In this document: positions 38,493 through 50,959 of the stretch, one piece after another
Numbering within the stretch: the first letter of the stretch is position 1
Layout of the letters: each line of letters opens with the position of its first letter
NCBI GenBank assembly: GCA_964016885.1
Contig: OZ024750.1
Location: 24,180,001 to 24,244,000 of the forward strand
Direction of reading: 5' to 3'
DNA from: Eledone cirrhosa
Taxonomy: Eukaryota
DNA: 64,000 nt
Notes under the pieces: generated by a model
What the model was told of the DNA's origin: nothing
Databases searched by the model: none
The model's input: the letters and a program-made list of their open reading frames with translations, nothing else
Made by a program: the position numbers and the translations under genes

Positions 38493-40086
38493 GTAAGTGT
38501 AGTACCTTATGATACATGTAATGAAAAACAACAGTTAGCTATAATGTTCTGAATGTTTAATTGATTATTTATCACTTGAACTGAGAAGTTCCAATGGTGA
38601 AGTAGACAGGAATTGATTTATGAGCTAATCCAACTAGCTGCAATGTGTGATTACCCTTAGTTTCAAAATAAAAGCTCCTAGTTTAAATTCAGACTTGTAC
38701 TATGTACACATTAAAAAATAGGACACCTGATGATGATTAAAGATCAAACTGATCAAGATGTAGAAGATATATAGTAAAAACGATGAACTTAATAAGAGCC
38801 CTAAAAATTAACATCTTATCTTAGACATTTAATAAATCTTTTTTGTATATGTAAAACAATGTTTTAACTGTTTCTCTTAAATATGGTGGAACATTTTTGT
38901 TTCAATTGTACAGCTGTGTTAAATGCTTACCTGAAGGATAGTATTTCCCCATTTCTAAATACTATATACTTTTAGAAAGACACAACAACAATCTTAATGC
39001 ATCAGTGTAAAGTATGTAATAAACATGTAAAGATACCAACTACAGACATTGTTTTTTCTTATGTTTGTCTGTTTGACATTATCTCACTGATCCTCAAGAT
39101 GTAATGGAGAGTAGAATCCCTGAATCAAGAAGGTGAACTTTTCTAGTGTTAGTATTCAAGCAAACATATATGGTCCATAATATTTTCTTTTATTCACAGA
39201 GGTTCAAGCTAACATGTAGAACCTCTGCTTTGAAAAAGAAATTCTTAAAGCTTTAGTTAAACTATATGCAAAATAACAACAAACTATGATTTATTGAACT
39301 ATTATTTATTGGATGATAAATATTGACAAATGTAAGAAAAAGTGATCTACTCATGAAATTCAGGTTTTGTTATCCACCTCAGTGGAAATCCATTTTCTGC
39401 TGACCAATTCAATAACAAGTCTACAATAATGGAACACCATCAACTGTTCATATTTTACAAGCTTGCAGGCAATGCTCTACATTCTAAACTACTAGTGTTA
39501 AGATAAACTAATCTGGTCTTCATAAGTGCTGAATTTGATTAGAAAGGAATCTAATCATAACATTATGCAAAAGAGTCTAGCTAAATACATTGATTGTGTG
39601 TTAAGTGCCATTATAAGATGCAGCTGGTACTGTATGTGTTAAGGTATGAAACCTGTGAAAGTCTGCTGCATTACAAATTCATCTGACTCTGGCAAGTATG
39701 AAAAACCATGGAAATAAAAAATTCTAAACTAATTTTTATGTAAACTTTAACCTTATTGTAATTTCACAGTAAAGGCTTTATCTTACATAATTGTCTCAGA
39801 TAATATCGAATCTGAGATTTTGATATTATTTATTTTGAGAACAATACTTTAACATAAGTATGGGCAGCTGGTTATTGCCGGTTTGAACAGATAGAGGTGA
39901 GAGAATTCTGGCTGGATACAGCTGGTTTAAATGTTAAAGGATTAAATCAGTAAAATTTGTGGAAAAGTAATACAAACAAATTCTTTTGATACATTTAATA
40001 AATTGTGAATATAATCTTAATATGATTAATTAATTAAATCCTTTTATTCTTAATCAAATTTGATGTATATTTTTTCTTCCTTTCAG

Positions 40087-40188
40087 ATGATCCTCCTATC
40101 GCCTTCTTTAGTAAGAAAAGTGGCCTGTGATTACTATAACACACCAATTATACTTACACCTAATTCCAATACCAGTACAACATACTTG
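40087..40188 (+). CDS. ABCA2: Exon 6: MILLSPSLVRKVACDYYNTPIILTPNSNTSTTYL
   Basis: tttcag|ATG ... TTG|gtaatt; 102 nt; aligns to LLLAPALLEQLTC. Confidence 0.85.
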
Positions 40189-40319
40189 GTAATTTTATAT
40201 TTTAACTATAGAGATATATCGTATATAATTAGTTTTCTTTTTGTTTTTTTTTCAGTTTAGTCAGATGATTTCACAAAACTTCAGTCATTAGAATGTGGTC
40301 ATGCTGGGACACTGCCTTA

Positions 40320-40668
40320 GCACCACCATCACCACCGCCACCATCACTGCCACCATCATCACCATTACCATCATCACCATCACCACCATTACCATCATCA
40401 CCACCACCATCACCATTACCATCATCACCAGCACCACCATCGCCATTACCATCATCACCACCATCACCACCACCATCACCACCACCACCACCACCACCAC
40501 CACCACCACCACCACCACCACCACCACCACCACCACCACCACCACCACCACCACCACCACCATCACCACCACCACCATCACCACCACCACCATCACCACC
40601 ACCACCATCACCACCACCACCATCACCACCACCACCACCATCATCACCACCATCATCACCACCACCAT
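40320..40668. repeat. (CAC/CAT)n trinucleotide array
   Basis: Direct inspection. Confidence 0.95.
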
Positions 40669-41779
40669 GATAATTACCCTTTAATGTCTGTTTTTCATCT
40701 TGTTTGTCTGTTTTTCATCTTGTATGCATTAAAATAGAGAAATAGAATGGCAAATCTATTCATTATCATGTGACTAAAATGAAGTAAACCTTCCTATTTA
40801 CTGTTGCTATTTGGTTCAATTATAGTAATTTGCTTAATTTAAAATGTATTTGACCTTGGAAGTATTCTGAGTATTGTGGTAGTTTCCAACTTGGTGTCAA
40901 TTTACCCCATTTGCTGTTACTGGATTTGTACTTTTTTCTAAAGAGAGTTAAAAAAACAGTTTGGAGTTGAGGTAGAAATTTGATATATGCCAATTTTGTT
41001 TGATAAAATACTAATTTGTTTTTGAATAAAGGATTTGTATTTTATATTTTTTAATAATTGTGTTGCCAAACTAATAGTTTAATTCAAAGGAGAGTAATTA
41101 TTTCTAGAAAGAAAAGACAGTCGAAAGAAAACATTAGCATGGCTGCATGCCTGTCAGTCATTCTCTCTATTTATTTGTATTAAAAAATGTTTCCCTTCAT
41201 CAGATTTGGTATTGTTAAAAATCTGAATTCAAATTACTGAACAACAGGGGTAAGGTAAATTTACATTTGAAAATATTATACTGGGTAACCTCTGATGTAT
41301 AAATAGGATTAACCTTAAACACTGTTGTTCATAAAGATTAAAGTATAATATTATAGTATAAAGTATTTAACATAGAGCCCCTACAAATGCAGGGCCTTTA
41401 GCATATGATACTCTAGCTCGTTGGTTAATCCAGAACTGCCATGGATATGAGCATAAACAAACCGAAAGACCCATTTTTGGGTGATGCAATAGTTTTCATG
41501 GTAAGAGAAAAAAATTTCTTTCAAATAATTTATTGAACTGAAAATTGTTTGATAATGTTTTTTTTAAATAAGAAGCCATGGCTACTATCTCTTGTTGTAC
41601 CCTGAACAAGACACATGATTTGCCTTGACTCTCTATTTTTCAGTTAAGTAAATTCTGTTGTGTTAACTATGATAGATTAACATTTTATCAAAGGAAAGAT
41701 ATTCTTCTCATCCACTTATTATTATTCAAATTTTGTTTCTTAGAGAGCAATCTGTTCTATCATCTTTATATATATATAT

Positions 41780-42290
41780 GATCATCATCATCACCATTTA
41801 ATGTCCATGTTTCCATGCAGACATGGGTTAGACGAATTATCCTGTTGTGAGCAATGCCAGGTTAGGTGCATCTCCTTTACCCTTGTAGCAGTTGACAATG
41901 ATGCTGCTGTGCCAATCATTCAGTATGACATCATCTAGTATTACTTGGTTTACAGTACATGTGGTTATGGTGTGACCTATTGACCCAGATGCTTTCAGTA
42001 TCTCGGCAGCTATTCCCGATGGGCCGGCTGCTTTCTCAGTCTTCATATCCTTAATTGCCTTAGTGCACTGTTGCTGACCTATACGGCTGACCCCTCTATG
42101 GAGTCCACTTGGGGTAGGGCCTCTTTCTCCCATGCATTCTCATCATTCAGTAGTCTTTTATAGTGGCTCTTCCACACAGCTTTCTTCTTGGCACCTGTGA
42201 GGGCAAATGCGCCTTTATCATCCTGGACACACTTCTCACCAATAACATCGCAATTTTCTTTAACACACTGTCTTGCAATCCTCAACACAT
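41780..42290 (-). mobile_element. RTE-type LINE ORF fragment joined to a (GAT)n tail
   Basis: KAIKDMKTEKAAGPSGIAAEILKASG...WHSSIIVNCYKGKGDA, the segment preceding RT domain 1. Confidence 0.85.
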
Positions 42291-42298
42291 GTATATAT

Positions 42299-42333
<35 letters not shown>

Positions 42334-42527
42334 CTTTGCTGGACCGTTTTTCTGTTTCTCCATTGTGACCCTGTCTCTATTTTGCACTCTTGAAGAACTT
42401 TTTCCTCTTTCCAATATAAAGCATCAAACTAATAAGACTTTGTATCTCTGTTTATTGCCTCCTTGAACTACACACACTCTCTCTCTCTCTGCAAAAAGTC
42501 ATGTAATATTATATATTTCTATATCAG

Positions 42528-42629
42528 GTTGATGCTCAAAAGAAAATTTGTAAATCAAGTAAAGAGGAAATGCAGAAATTCATTGATCTCCTCAAATCAG
42601 ACATCTCTGATGAAGCGATTGTTAATATT
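42528..42629 (+). CDS. ABCA2: Exon 7: VDAQKKICKSSKEEMQKFIDLLKSDISDEAIVNI
   Basis: atcag|GTT ... ATT|gtaagt; 102 nt; Cys at the expected position. Confidence 0.82.
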
Positions 42630-43721
42630 GTAAGTTGATTATAATTTTAATCCTATCAAAAACCTATTTGAATTAACTATATTTTGACAATTTAACCCTT
42701 TAGCATTTACATTATTCTCTATATAGTATTGTATTTTCATGGTAAACACTTTATTTTACATAATTATCTCATATAATATCGCATCTATGAGATTTTAATA
42801 TTATTTATTTTGAGAACAATACCTTAATATAAATATGAGCAGCTGGTTATTACCGGTTTGAACAGAAAGAGGTGAGAGAATTCTGGCTGGATATGGCCGG
42901 GTTAATGTGTTTTGTTATCAATTTAATATTTTTTGTGATCACAGTATATTTGATCAAGTCTTTAACACTGATTTCAAAAAGTATTTCTCATATTTATTTA
43001 AAATATCAATTTTGAATGGCATTACCTATGGTTTCTAAATAATACCTATGGTTTCTAAATAATTTTCAAAATAAACATTTAGAGCAATTTAGTAATATAA
43101 CTTTTATTAAGTTGGTGTTTGAGACATAACTTAACAAAGTGTCTTATATAAAACTATGATGGAAGGTTTTTAGATATATATATAAACATTTTATAACAAA
43201 GTTTTGTATTGTAAAACAAGGGACAGCTTCAAGTAGTTTGTTCTCAAAAGGATTAATGATTGATTGATCAAAAAGATCCCAAACCTCATTTGCTTACTGA
43301 GTGGGGTGGAACCCATCAATTTGGACCAAGGAAACAATATTTCCATATTAACAATTAAAATAAAAATTTTGAAATGAGAAGTATATGCTAATCTTAGCTG
43401 TGTGGCTAAGATGGTTGGTTGAGATTATCATCATCATTTAACATCCACTATCCCTGTTAGCAGATCATATAAAAGACATCTGTCAATCATTAAGTAATTT
43501 GGTGGTTAATAGTTTATCATTGTTGATGCCTGCTGTGTATTGCCTCATTAATATATACAATCAAAGGCCTTCATACAAACTTGTTTTGGTGGGAAAAGTC
43601 AAGTGGTTTTTTAACAAATGAGGCTTTCATAATCACATGCACTTTAATATATATACATGTCTGTGTGTATGCTACTTGCTAATGTAAAATTTGTTACAAT
43701 TCATGCTCTCATAAGCAGCAT

Positions 43722-44050
43722 GTAGGTATGTATGGTCCCATAACTCCTGATAGTTGTAGGGGCGCTGTATTGACATACAGCATTTCTTCAACATTTTTTA
43801 AGCCTGGTGAAGCCCATCCCTCTCTAGGCTTGAGTACAACAGATTTCTTCCAGAGAAGGATTAGAGAAAGTGAGAGGGAATGAGAAAGAGATATAGAGGA
43901 AGAATCCACCCCAGTACTAGACTGGTACAATTTTTTTTTATTGACCTCAAAAGGATGAAAGGCAAAGTTGACCTCGGTGGGATTTGATCTCAGAGAGGCG
44001 GAACAAATACCATAAAGCATTCTATCTGACGTTCTAATGACTCTGCCAAT
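43722..44050 (-). mobile_element. SINE family 2 long-tail subfamily with 25-nt direct repeat flanks
   Basis: CAATTCATGCTCTCATAAGCAGCAT at 43697-43721 and 44047-44071; sister copies at ~24735-25060 and 59990-60280. Confidence 0.85.
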
Positions 44051-45167
44051 TCATGCTCTCATAAGCAGCATACTTATTCACAAATATACACATACATACA
44101 TACATGTGTGTGTGTTTATATATATATGATGCTTATGTAATATTTGTTACATTTTATATTTTCATAAGCTCTAAAGCAATTTTTGTCTCTTTCCATTAGA
44201 CATTTTGTCTGGGTGCATATTCTATTAGGATTAGAGATTTGTTATGAATTTTAAAAGATACTTAACCCTTTAGCCTTTACATTACTCTATATTTACTATT
44301 ATATTTTCATGGTAAAGGCCTCATAATTATCTCTCATAATATCAAATCTATGAGATGTTATTTATTTTGAGAACAATATGTTAACATAAGTATGAGCAGC
44401 TGGCTACAGCCAGTTTGAGCAGAAAGAGATGAGAATTCTGGACGGATACAGCCGGTTTAAACACTAAAGGGTTAATAAAGTCTTAATTGCATCACCAATG
44501 AAATAAAGTCTATAAACTCTCTCATTAGATGAGTCAGTTGATAGCGTTACATAAGTGATCTAATGCTGCCCCTGATAACAAAGATTCTCTCTCTGTAGCA
44601 TGTATTATTATTATTTGTAGTTCTGACATAGAATTATGATAAATATTTGTTTTAGATAAACAGTTTAGTAACATAGAACTAGGGGCTGTTTCAGGCACCT
44701 TGCTATCAAAAAAGGTTCAAAATATTTGTGAAAACATTAAGACTACTTCCCTTTTTCTCTTTTGTACTCCTCATAAATAATTCATAGAATTTGTTTCAAT
44801 TGATTGAAGATATTTTTAATAACCTGGACATTTTTTTCTGTCAAAAAATCGGACCTTGCTTAACCCTTTAGCATTTAAACAGGTCATATCTAGCCAGAAT
44901 TGTCTCACCTCTTTCTGTTTAAACTGGCCATAACTGGCTACTCAGCCAACATTAAGGTATTGTTCTCAAAATAAATATCAAAATCTCATTGATTCGATAT
45001 AATGTTAGATGATTATGTGAAATAAAGCCTTTACCACAAAAATACAGTAGTAAATATAGAATATTGTAAATTTTAAATTTGTTTTCTATAAAATAGCAAA
45101 CCATTTAAAATTAAAGTATGAAAATATATTATTTTTTTAACTAAAATATATTTCTAATTAATTGTAG

Positions 45168-45230
45168 CTCCATCTTCGCAATTTGAATGTTACTGAAGCA
45201 GAAAACCAAGTAAAAGACTTTTTAATTAAG
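45168..45230 (+). CDS. ABCA2: Exon 8: LHLRNLNVTEAENQVKDFLIK
   Basis: tgtag|CTC ... AAG|gtatat; 63 nt, phase 0-0; weak sequence conservation. Confidence 0.7.
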
Positions 45231-45623
45231 GTATATACTTAGTTAATGTATCTTTTTATTATTTTCTTTCTTTTGAAATTAGTAATTCTCCATTTTATAA
45301 TACACTCTATAATTAGTAAATGTTTTAATTTATCAATAGCAAGCAATTTCAAACTATTATCCATACATTTGCTATATATATTAGTGATTGTAATATCCAG
45401 TTACTGTAGTTCACCAAAGTGAGCCCTCAATGTGTAGTTTCCAGTAGGTATAATGGTGTTGCACTAAGCAGAGTGTAATGATAATAATAAGTAACAGAAG
45501 TCCGACGAGCTTCTGATTCCAGAGTCGGGCCAGATCGATATGGATTGAGCTTTGAGCTGATCAATCGCAAAACACACGTCATACCACAATAAATAGAATG
45601 AAGATCTAACACCTCATCCTTTT

Positions 45624-45660
<37 letters not shown>

Positions 45661-45723
45661 GTCGTCAAGTATGAGATTTGTAGAAAAACAAAACAAATTT
45701 CTACAAATTTCATACTTGACGAC
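45661..45723. repeat. Tiny palindromic element with ~26-bp arms between (TA)n tracts
   Basis: GTCGTCAAGTATGAGATTTGTAGAAA ... TTTCTACAAATTTCATACTTGACGAC. Confidence 0.8.
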
Positions 45724-45729
45724 CCTATA

Positions 45730-45770
<41 letters not shown>

Positions 45771-46223
45771 TAAAATAACAGATTAAAGTTTAAGCAAAGA
45801 ATCGCTGCTTTCACCCTTAACGGGATCTTCTGTTTTAATAAATATTTGCTCTACGGTTCTTATATATTTGATATATATTTATCCTTATCAAGCCCTCTTT
45901 GGATTTTAGTCTTCAAATTTTTATTATTACTATTAATATATATATATATATATATATATATTTTTGTTAAATTGAATGCTTCAATAGATTTTTCTGCTTA
46001 GCCTGTTTTTGTCACATGAGATTAAATATTTACCTTACAGAAGCTCTTCACTTTTATAATGTTTATAATGTTTTAACATACTGGGTTACATTTTTAAGCG
46101 TAATGTGATTAAAACTTATTCAAATTATTCTATCTTTCGCAAATGTTTTATTTTAGTGATTATTTCCAAATATAAAGTTTGAATACATGCAGTTTCTATA
46201 TTGCTGCCTTGTTATTTCTGTAG

Positions 46224-46397
46224 GTGGAGAAATTCTACATGTTTCAAAAGAATCTCAATGAACTGAGTATATTGGCCAGTTCACTCCCACAAGATGCATG
46301 TGACCAGTTTCTTCCTGCAGAAACCTCATCAGCTATTCCAAATAATTTCACCATGTTAAACATTTCTGAAAGTCATTCATCAGGACCAGATACATCG
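46224..46397 (+). CDS. ABCA2: Exon 9: VEKFYMFQKNLNELSILASSLPQDAC...GPDTS
   Basis: ctgtag|GTG ... TCG|gtagac; 174 nt; LPQDAC matches ABCA2 LPQGAC; donor less certain. Confidence 0.85.
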
Positions 46398-46463
46398 GTA
46401 GACAATTTCTTTACTTTTTGTTTCTGTTTTATTTTAAAATATATTTCATATGTTCCATATACT

Positions 46464-46742
46464 CAGGGCTGGTGACAGACTATCTGGTACCCTAGGCAAG
46501 GTTAGATTTTGGCACCATCTATTTCAAAATTTATAAACAATAAATTTAAAAAAACATATTTTCAACATTTATTTTTCCCTGTATGAAATAAACCAGGATA
46601 AAAAACGACCCTCAATAAAACTGAAATTTATTTATCTATTTATCTATTTATTTTTCAAAATATTTAATTTGGAGAAATGCACCCCCTGAAATCAGGGCCC
46701 TAAGTGGCTGCCTAGTTTACCTATATGGTAGCGCCAGCTCTG
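46464..46742. mobile_element. hAT MITE (Tip100-like termini)
   Basis: CAGGGCTGGTG...CGCCAGCTCTG; perfect 8-bp TSD CATATACT. Confidence 0.85.
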
Positions 46743-46830
46743 CATATACTATAATTAAATTGTCACTATTGTCCATGACCTTTAGCCTATTTTGAATAAA
46801 TTTTAAACTATTTCCACACATAGTTTAGAT

Positions 46831-47129
46831 CAGGGGTTCTCAACCTTTTTTTCGCTGTGGACCACCAAAATAAGTAATTTTTTCCTGTGGACCACCTAAA
46901 CTTTTAAATCTTTTGTAATAGAACTGCTATAGACATTCTAACCACATGCCCAGAGCTGTGAACTCGAAATTTTCAAATATAATGGACATGTGTGTAATTA
47001 AACAAAATATATTAGTTACATTTTTGTGAAATCGCTACAATTTTTTTTATGGCTAGGAATTCTCTGTGGACCACTAGAAATGCTATGTGGACCACCGGTG
47101 GTCCACCTGGACCACGTTGAGAATCACTG
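46831..47129. mobile_element. hAT-Charlie MITE
   Basis: CAGGGGTTCTCAAC...GTTGAGAATCACTG; perfect 8-bp TSD GTTTAGAT. Confidence 0.9.
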
Positions 47130-47754
47130 GTTTAGATGATCAGGGCCTGAATCCCCATTGCTACTATCTTTTGTATATATACAACCTAAGGACTGTTGTA
47201 TCTTTTAAAAATTGTTCTATCCCTAGGAAATTGTTCTGATAACTGATTAATAAATCCAAAATGAAAATTAAAACTAAAGCAAATTGTATGCTTTTTTAAA
47301 CTATCGTGTTTGTTCCACATAGAATGTGAGGGTAGGAATGATATGATGCCATCAGTGAGTGACAATAGGTAGTGGGAGGACAACAGTATGATGTGGGAAG
47401 GGGGATATATAGTATAGATATATATCGATTATAAGAGAGATAATTGTTTCTACTTTTTGGCACAAGGCCAGCAAATTACCCAGTACATTACTGGTACTTT
47501 ATTTTATCGACCCCGTAAGGATGAAAGGCAAAGTGAACCTCGGCGGGATTTGAACTCAGACCGTAAAGGGACGTAACTATGGTGGAAACCATGGCGTCCG
47601 ACTCTCTACCGATCCGGGAGCTAATATAGCATAGATACATGTATTTATAAATCACTGAAAGCAGTTTACAAATATTTCTGCCTACATAAAGAACAAACAT
47701 TAACTCTGTACAAAGCACAGTTTGTTTTAGTATATTATAGAAATAGAGTATATA

Positions 47755-47996
47755 AATTTGATCTGATGATTGTATGGTATAAATTTGATCTGATGATTGT
47801 ATGGTATGATTTTGATCTGAGGATTGTATGGTATAAATTTGATCTGATGATTGTATGGTATGATTTTGATCTGAGGATTGTATGGTATGATTTTGATCTG
47901 AGGATTGTATGGTATGATTTTGATCTGAGGATTGTATGGTATGATTTTGATCTGAGGATTGTATGGTATGATTTTGATCTGAGGATTGTATGGTAT
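47755..47996. repeat. 27-bp minisatellite TTTTGATCTGAGGATTGTATGGTATGA, ~9 copies
   Basis: Direct inspection. Confidence 0.92.
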
Positions 47997-48019
47997 TGTA
48001 ATGGAATACTACTATATTT

Positions 48020-48392
48020 TTTTCTGGCGAAGATTCGAACAGCCTACCACGGTCTGTAGTAATAGTGGTAGGAACTCCGAAGCGCGATATCCTGAAACCA
48101 GGGCTCGCGCTACTGATTCAGCAGTTATGTCACTAAGAGGAATGGCTTCAGGCCATCAGGTGAAACAATCAAAGCAGGTCAGGATGTATGAATATCCATG
48201 ACTGACAGGCCAAAGTCCCATGATATCGATATGTATGTGACAAAAAAATGTGTCATGTGTGCTAAATGTGGTGAGAGGTGCGCGAATATGTTTATGCACC
48301 TTTGACTTCTGACAAGACAAACAGGAACGTGACCAAGCAGTGATATTACGTCTCATATTTGGCCAGAAGAATCTAGCAGAAATGAGTTTCAC
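48020..48392 (-). pseudogene. Gypsy/Ty3 LTR retrotransposon integrase relic
   Basis: RFFWPNM...CLSCQKSK...HIHIDIMG...*WPEAIPLSDITAESVARAL/RFGVPTTITTDRG, with a stop and a frameshift. Confidence 0.9.
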
Positions 48393-48695
48393 TGTAGTAG
48401 AAATTCCGGGCTGTGCTTATCATCCTGTTTCTTGACAGGACAATGGTGGAAACCTCCCAACAATATGTGGTTCTAGAGGCGAGAAGCCTCGGATTCGGTT
48501 TTGAATCTTCACCGGTAAAACATAGGAGTATTCTGTTACGGTATGAGACGCCAAGTTGGAAAAAACGTTTTGTATTTGATTTGATGATTGTATGGTATGT
48601 ATTTGAAGAAAAGGTAATCAAGTTTATTTTCAGTATTTTCATGAACAGCTAAAATAAGAAGCGGATTAAACTAAGTTCTTTAACTCCTCTTTCAG

Positions 48696-48867
48696 GGCAG
48701 TACAACATCAAATTCAGCTCCATCAAACACTGACTCTAAAATGCACAATAAAGATCGGTATATTGGATTTCTTAAGATCTGGACATCAATGCAGAAGACT
48801 ATTTGTGGCCATGATACCAATATTCCAAAAGATAAATGGGAAGATGATATTCGCAATATGAACCTTG
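48696..48867 (+). CDS. ABCA2: Exon 10: GSTTSNSAPS...FLKIWTSMQKTICGH...RNMNL
   Basis: ttcag|GGC ... TTG|gtaatg; 172 nt; W..MQ..ICG motif. Confidence 0.88.
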
Positions 48868-49354
48868 GTAATGTTTATTTAAGAGTCGGTGTCAACTGGT
48901 CTATATTTCTTTTGTTTTGTCTACACTAAAATAGTTTGTTTTATTCTTGTTTACATATTGTTTGAAGGGCAGTTATACTTTAACTCCAGCTCTGTTCTTT
49001 TCTATATCAATTGAAAATAATTTTAATACTGTACCATATAACCTGCACCCCTCTCATTTATTGTACTCTGTCTTATTGAGCTTAACATTCTCTGACAACA
49101 GATACCATCTTTTATAATGTTAAATATTAGCTTTATAAATGTGAGAACATTTTTGTAAATAAACATAGAAGCATCAGACAGTGTCTGTTGTCAAGAGTTT
49201 GATCCTCTGGCAGCTGCTGGTCACTATTTCGACTATTTTACCCTATTTTCTAAAGCTGTTTTCACAGCTATTGTTCTGTATTTGAGATTTTCTTAATTTC
49301 TAAAAATATTTTGACTCACTCGATGCTTCGATGTTTATATATATATATAAAACA

Positions 49355-49465
49355 TAGAAATGGCTTCTACCGGACTAGAACTGTTTCATTCGAAGGAAAT
49401 CATCAGGGCTTTCCTGGTGATTTCCTTAGAATGAAACAGTTCTAGTCCTGTAGCAGCCACTTCTA
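49355..49465. ncRNA. Head-to-head pair of hammerhead folds (Penelope-like inverted terminus), same family as 14807
   Basis: Minus CTGATGA at 49400-49406 and plus CTGGTGA at 49414-49420, each followed by stem II, GAAACAG, TTCTAGTC and C(T/G)GTA. Confidence 0.7.
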
Positions 49466-49537
49466 TATTAAATCTTGTATATACTCAATGTATTGAGTAC
49501 CCTACTTACTGTGGTTACCCCGATTGAACCCGGGACT

Positions 49538-49587
<50 letters not shown>

Positions 49588-49853
49588 TGTATGTGTGCAA
49601 CATAGTTCTCAGTTTTCACCTATTAGAAATTTTAGAAATTGGGAATCTATATATATTTGTTTCTTTATAGAATTTTGCCTTTCATTTCAAATGTGTCTGA
49701 GAAACACTAGTAATCATGAGTGGAATAAAAATTAGATATATTTAAAATATTCTTGTAAAATGAATGGTAAATTTCAAGATTAGGTCCATATTAAATCTGA
49801 ATAAACATCAGACTTCATTGTGAAAGATAATAAATCCTCTTTTTCTTTTACAG

Positions 49854-49975
49854 ATGACTTGGGAATGTCTATAACTCAACAAAATAACATTGGTATTCTT
49901 GTCCATGTTCTATATAGCAATCCTAAAGTACTCTATGCACCTGCTAACACATCAGCTGATAATGTCATTAGACAG
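49854..49975 (+). CDS. ABCA2: Exon 11: (D)DLGMSITQQNNIGILVHVLYSNPKVLYAPANTSADNVIRQ
   Basis: tacag|AT ... CAG|gtaacc; 122 nt; SNPKVLYAP motif. Confidence 0.94.
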
Positions 49976-50227
49976 GTAACCTTTTATATTGTTTCATATT
50001 GCTTTAGAACAGTTAGTTAACTGTTTACTGTCTAAGGCAGTGGTTCCCAAACTTTTTTCTATAGGCCGCATTTTCAGAATGAAAATTTGCTTGCCCCTCA
50101 CCAAATATTATGTGATAAAAAGTACATTTAAAAATAAAATAAACAACTAATAGTGCTTTGAATATAATATATATCATAAATAATTACCCTTGTTCTAATT
50201 TTGGAACTTTTCAAATTGTAATTTCAG

Positions 50228-50356
50228 GCTAATCAAACATTTGCTCTGTTGGATCGCATTAGCGAGTATGCTGAAAAATGGTTGAATATTTCAGAAGAAC
50301 TTCGTCTTTATCTATCCCGCAATGAAACAGCTGAGCACTTGGACTCAATCAGAGAG
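50228..50356 (+). CDS. ABCA2: Exon 12: ANQTFALLDRISEYAEKWLNISEELRLYL...IRE
   Basis: ttcag|GCT ... GAG|gtataa; 129 nt; ANxTF and WLNIS motifs. Confidence 0.93.
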
Positions 50357-50959
50357 GTATAATTTATCATAACTTAGTATTTTTATTAAACATAACTTGG
50401 TATAACCAAGAAAAATTCAAAAAAAAAAATTCAATGTATTTCAAATAATTCGTTGTATTGATCAGTCAGACCTAGGATCACTGCTGCTACTTATAATTAT
50501 TGCTGTCTGGATTGGGATTTGTGATATAAAGCAAGATAACTTAAATATTGCAAAACAATTTTTTTCTATTCCTTCATTTCCTTTACTTTATATGAAGGCA
50601 CATGGCCTAGTGGTTAGGTTGTTGTGCTCACAATCATGGATAGGGACCATCCTTGGTTCGATTCCTGGACCGGCTAGTGGGTTGTGTTCTTAAGCATGGC
50701 ATTTCATTTCTGTTTTTTGCCATACCCAAACTAGTGTGGAAAATGGACGTTAAATGATGATGATGATATCATCATTATCATCACTGTTTTACATCTATTT
50801 TCCATGCTTTCAGAGGTTAGACAGGTTATCACTTTCAGAGGTTAAACCATGCCTTGTTCATTCCAATCTGGTATGTTTACTACAGCTGGATGTCCTTCCT
50901 AGCACCAACTACTTCGCAGCTACTGCCATCTGACAGAGTAGACTAGGTGCTTTTTATCA

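Noticed and set aside
38722-38765. CTGATGATGATTAAAGATCAAACTGATC hammerhead-like string
   Set aside because: GAAA is incomplete and there is no convincing stem I
40288-40684. Poly-Pro/Thr/Val ORFs resembling extensin or mucin
   Set aside because: (CAC/CAT)n microsatellite open in several frames
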